Positions 63,124 through 64,000 of a stretch of 64,000 bases of DNA are shown piece by piece. Position numbers and translations under genes: made by a program. The DNA is from Tolypothrix carrinoi HA7290-LM1 (GTDB taxonomy: Bacteria; Cyanobacteriota; Cyanobacteriia; Cyanobacteriales; Nostocaceae). The DNA lies in contig JAHHIK010000033.1 of the NCBI GenBank assembly GCA_019358935.1, forward strand, positions 1-64,000, written 5' to 3'. The number at the start of each line of letters is the position of its first letter. Position 1 is the stretch's first letter. A model generated the notes under the pieces. That model ran no database searches. It had not been told where the DNA came from and worked only from the letters and a program-made list of their open reading frames with translations.

Positions 63124-63684
63124 TTATCGCCTGCTTTTATCGCTTTGCTCACTTCTAGTTGAAACAATTCGCTGTTGATACTCTTGCTCAGTCATTATAT
63201 CGAAAGTACTCTCTACCCTATCTAAAAAAACAATTCCCTCAAAGTGGTCGTACTCATGTTGAAAAATACGCGCTACAAAATCAGTAAACTCTTGTTTTTG
63301 TAACTTGCCATCGCGGTCAATATATTCTACTTCTATCGCCTGATATCTGGGAACTAATCCTCTAATTCCGGGAATACTTAAACAACCTTCCCAACCTTTG
63401 ACAATTTCATTTGAATGTGCGGTTATTTGGGGATTTATCATAGCTGTTGGTTGCATCTCCGGGGCGTTAGGATACCGGGGATTGGGACGGGACGCAACGA
63501 TAAATAAACGCTTTTGTTCTGCAACTTGAGGCGCGGCAATTCCTACACCGTTACTATCAGCAACTGTTGCTAATAAATCTTCAATTAGTTTTTGTATCTG
63601 CTCATCTTGGATATTTTCAATTACCGCAGCTTTGGAGCGCAATATCGGATTGCCTAATTGAATAATTTTTCGTAGTTCACCCAT
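63124..63684 (-). CDS. def: Peptide deformylase
   Basis: GVGIAAPQ, EGCLS, QHEYDH. Confidence 0.96.
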   Translation of the reverse strand: MGELRKIIQLGNPILRSKAAVIENIQDEQIQKLIEDLLATVADSNGVGIAAPQVAEQKRLFIVASRPNPRYPNAPEMQPTAMINPQITAHSNEIVKGWEGCLSIPGIRGLVPRYQAIEVEYIDRDGKLQKQEFTDFVARIFQHEYDHFEGIVFLDRVESTFDIMTEQEYQQRIVSTRSEQSDKSRR

Positions 63685-63745
63685 AATATAACTCCTTTTT
63701 TTAGGTAGTAAGCGGCTCTATCCCTTAAAATTGAAGATTTGAGCG

Positions 63746-63800
63746 GTGAGCCAGCGCGGTCATGTTCGTTACCCCCATGAGCGACTGGCTCTCCCGTTGG
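63746..63800 (+). mobile_element. 55-bp small dispersed repeat inserted in a palindromic repeat
   Basis: Removing it restores TGAGCGGTAAACCGCTCACTAC, the reverse complement of 44374-44395. Confidence 0.8.
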
Positions 63801-63883
63801 GTAAACCGCTCACTACGGTTCAGGACAGTATTTTAGGTTTAATAATAGCTAATAGTTGTTAGCTATTAGCTATTTTAATAAAA

Positions 63884-64000
63884 TCAGCTTTCTCGTCGAG
63901 CCGGTAGAGGTGCAGGGCTAACTGCGACTTGTTCAGTTTGTCCATTCCGCTCCAATTGTATTTGTAACGGGCTACCTATTTGACTATTTTCTAAGATTTT
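63884..64000 (-). CDS. C-terminal PDZ end of an HtrA/HhoA-type serine protease (partial)
   Basis: KILENSQIGSPLQIQLERNGQTEQVAVSPAPLPARRES*. Confidence 0.7.
   Translation of the reverse strand, partial: KILENSQIGSPLQIQLERNGQTEQVAVSPAPLPARRES

Overview
Chromosomal segment of a filamentous cyanobacterium, most likely Nostocales. This is inferred from dense HIP1 GCGATCGC octamers, 7-bp STRR tracts, palindromic small dispersed repeats and MITE-like elements. Core genes are dprA, a trmJ-like gene, tRNA-Gly(CCC), an RND pump pair, glgB, ftsL-like/ftsI, obgE, ptox, aspS, def, a partial htrA/hhoA, and pirA (missed by the ORF track, with an NtcA box). Accessory genes include an FHA-like exoprotein fragment, Uma2, DUF29, BON lipoproteins, a GT2-GtrA/GT39 cluster and an ABC-2 exporter. 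Damaged genes: a 5'-interrupted FHA-like gene, a frameshifted relE, and internally deleted phosphodiesterase and ndhD genes. There is no CRISPR array or prophage. The most notable signals are non-coding. (1) An unrecognised ~200-nt structured element occurs twice (4549-4747 and 16986-17177); its flanks are co-oriented but its ~45-bp core, bounded by inverted repeats, is flipped between the copies. (2) A probable IscB C-terminus abuts the broken FHA gene. (3) Tiny mobile repeats are nested Russian-doll fashion inside a HIP1 site, and one has matching empty and filled sites in the window. (4) A TA cassette is bounded by HIP1-containing direct repeats. All family assignments come from motif recognition by eye; no searches were run.
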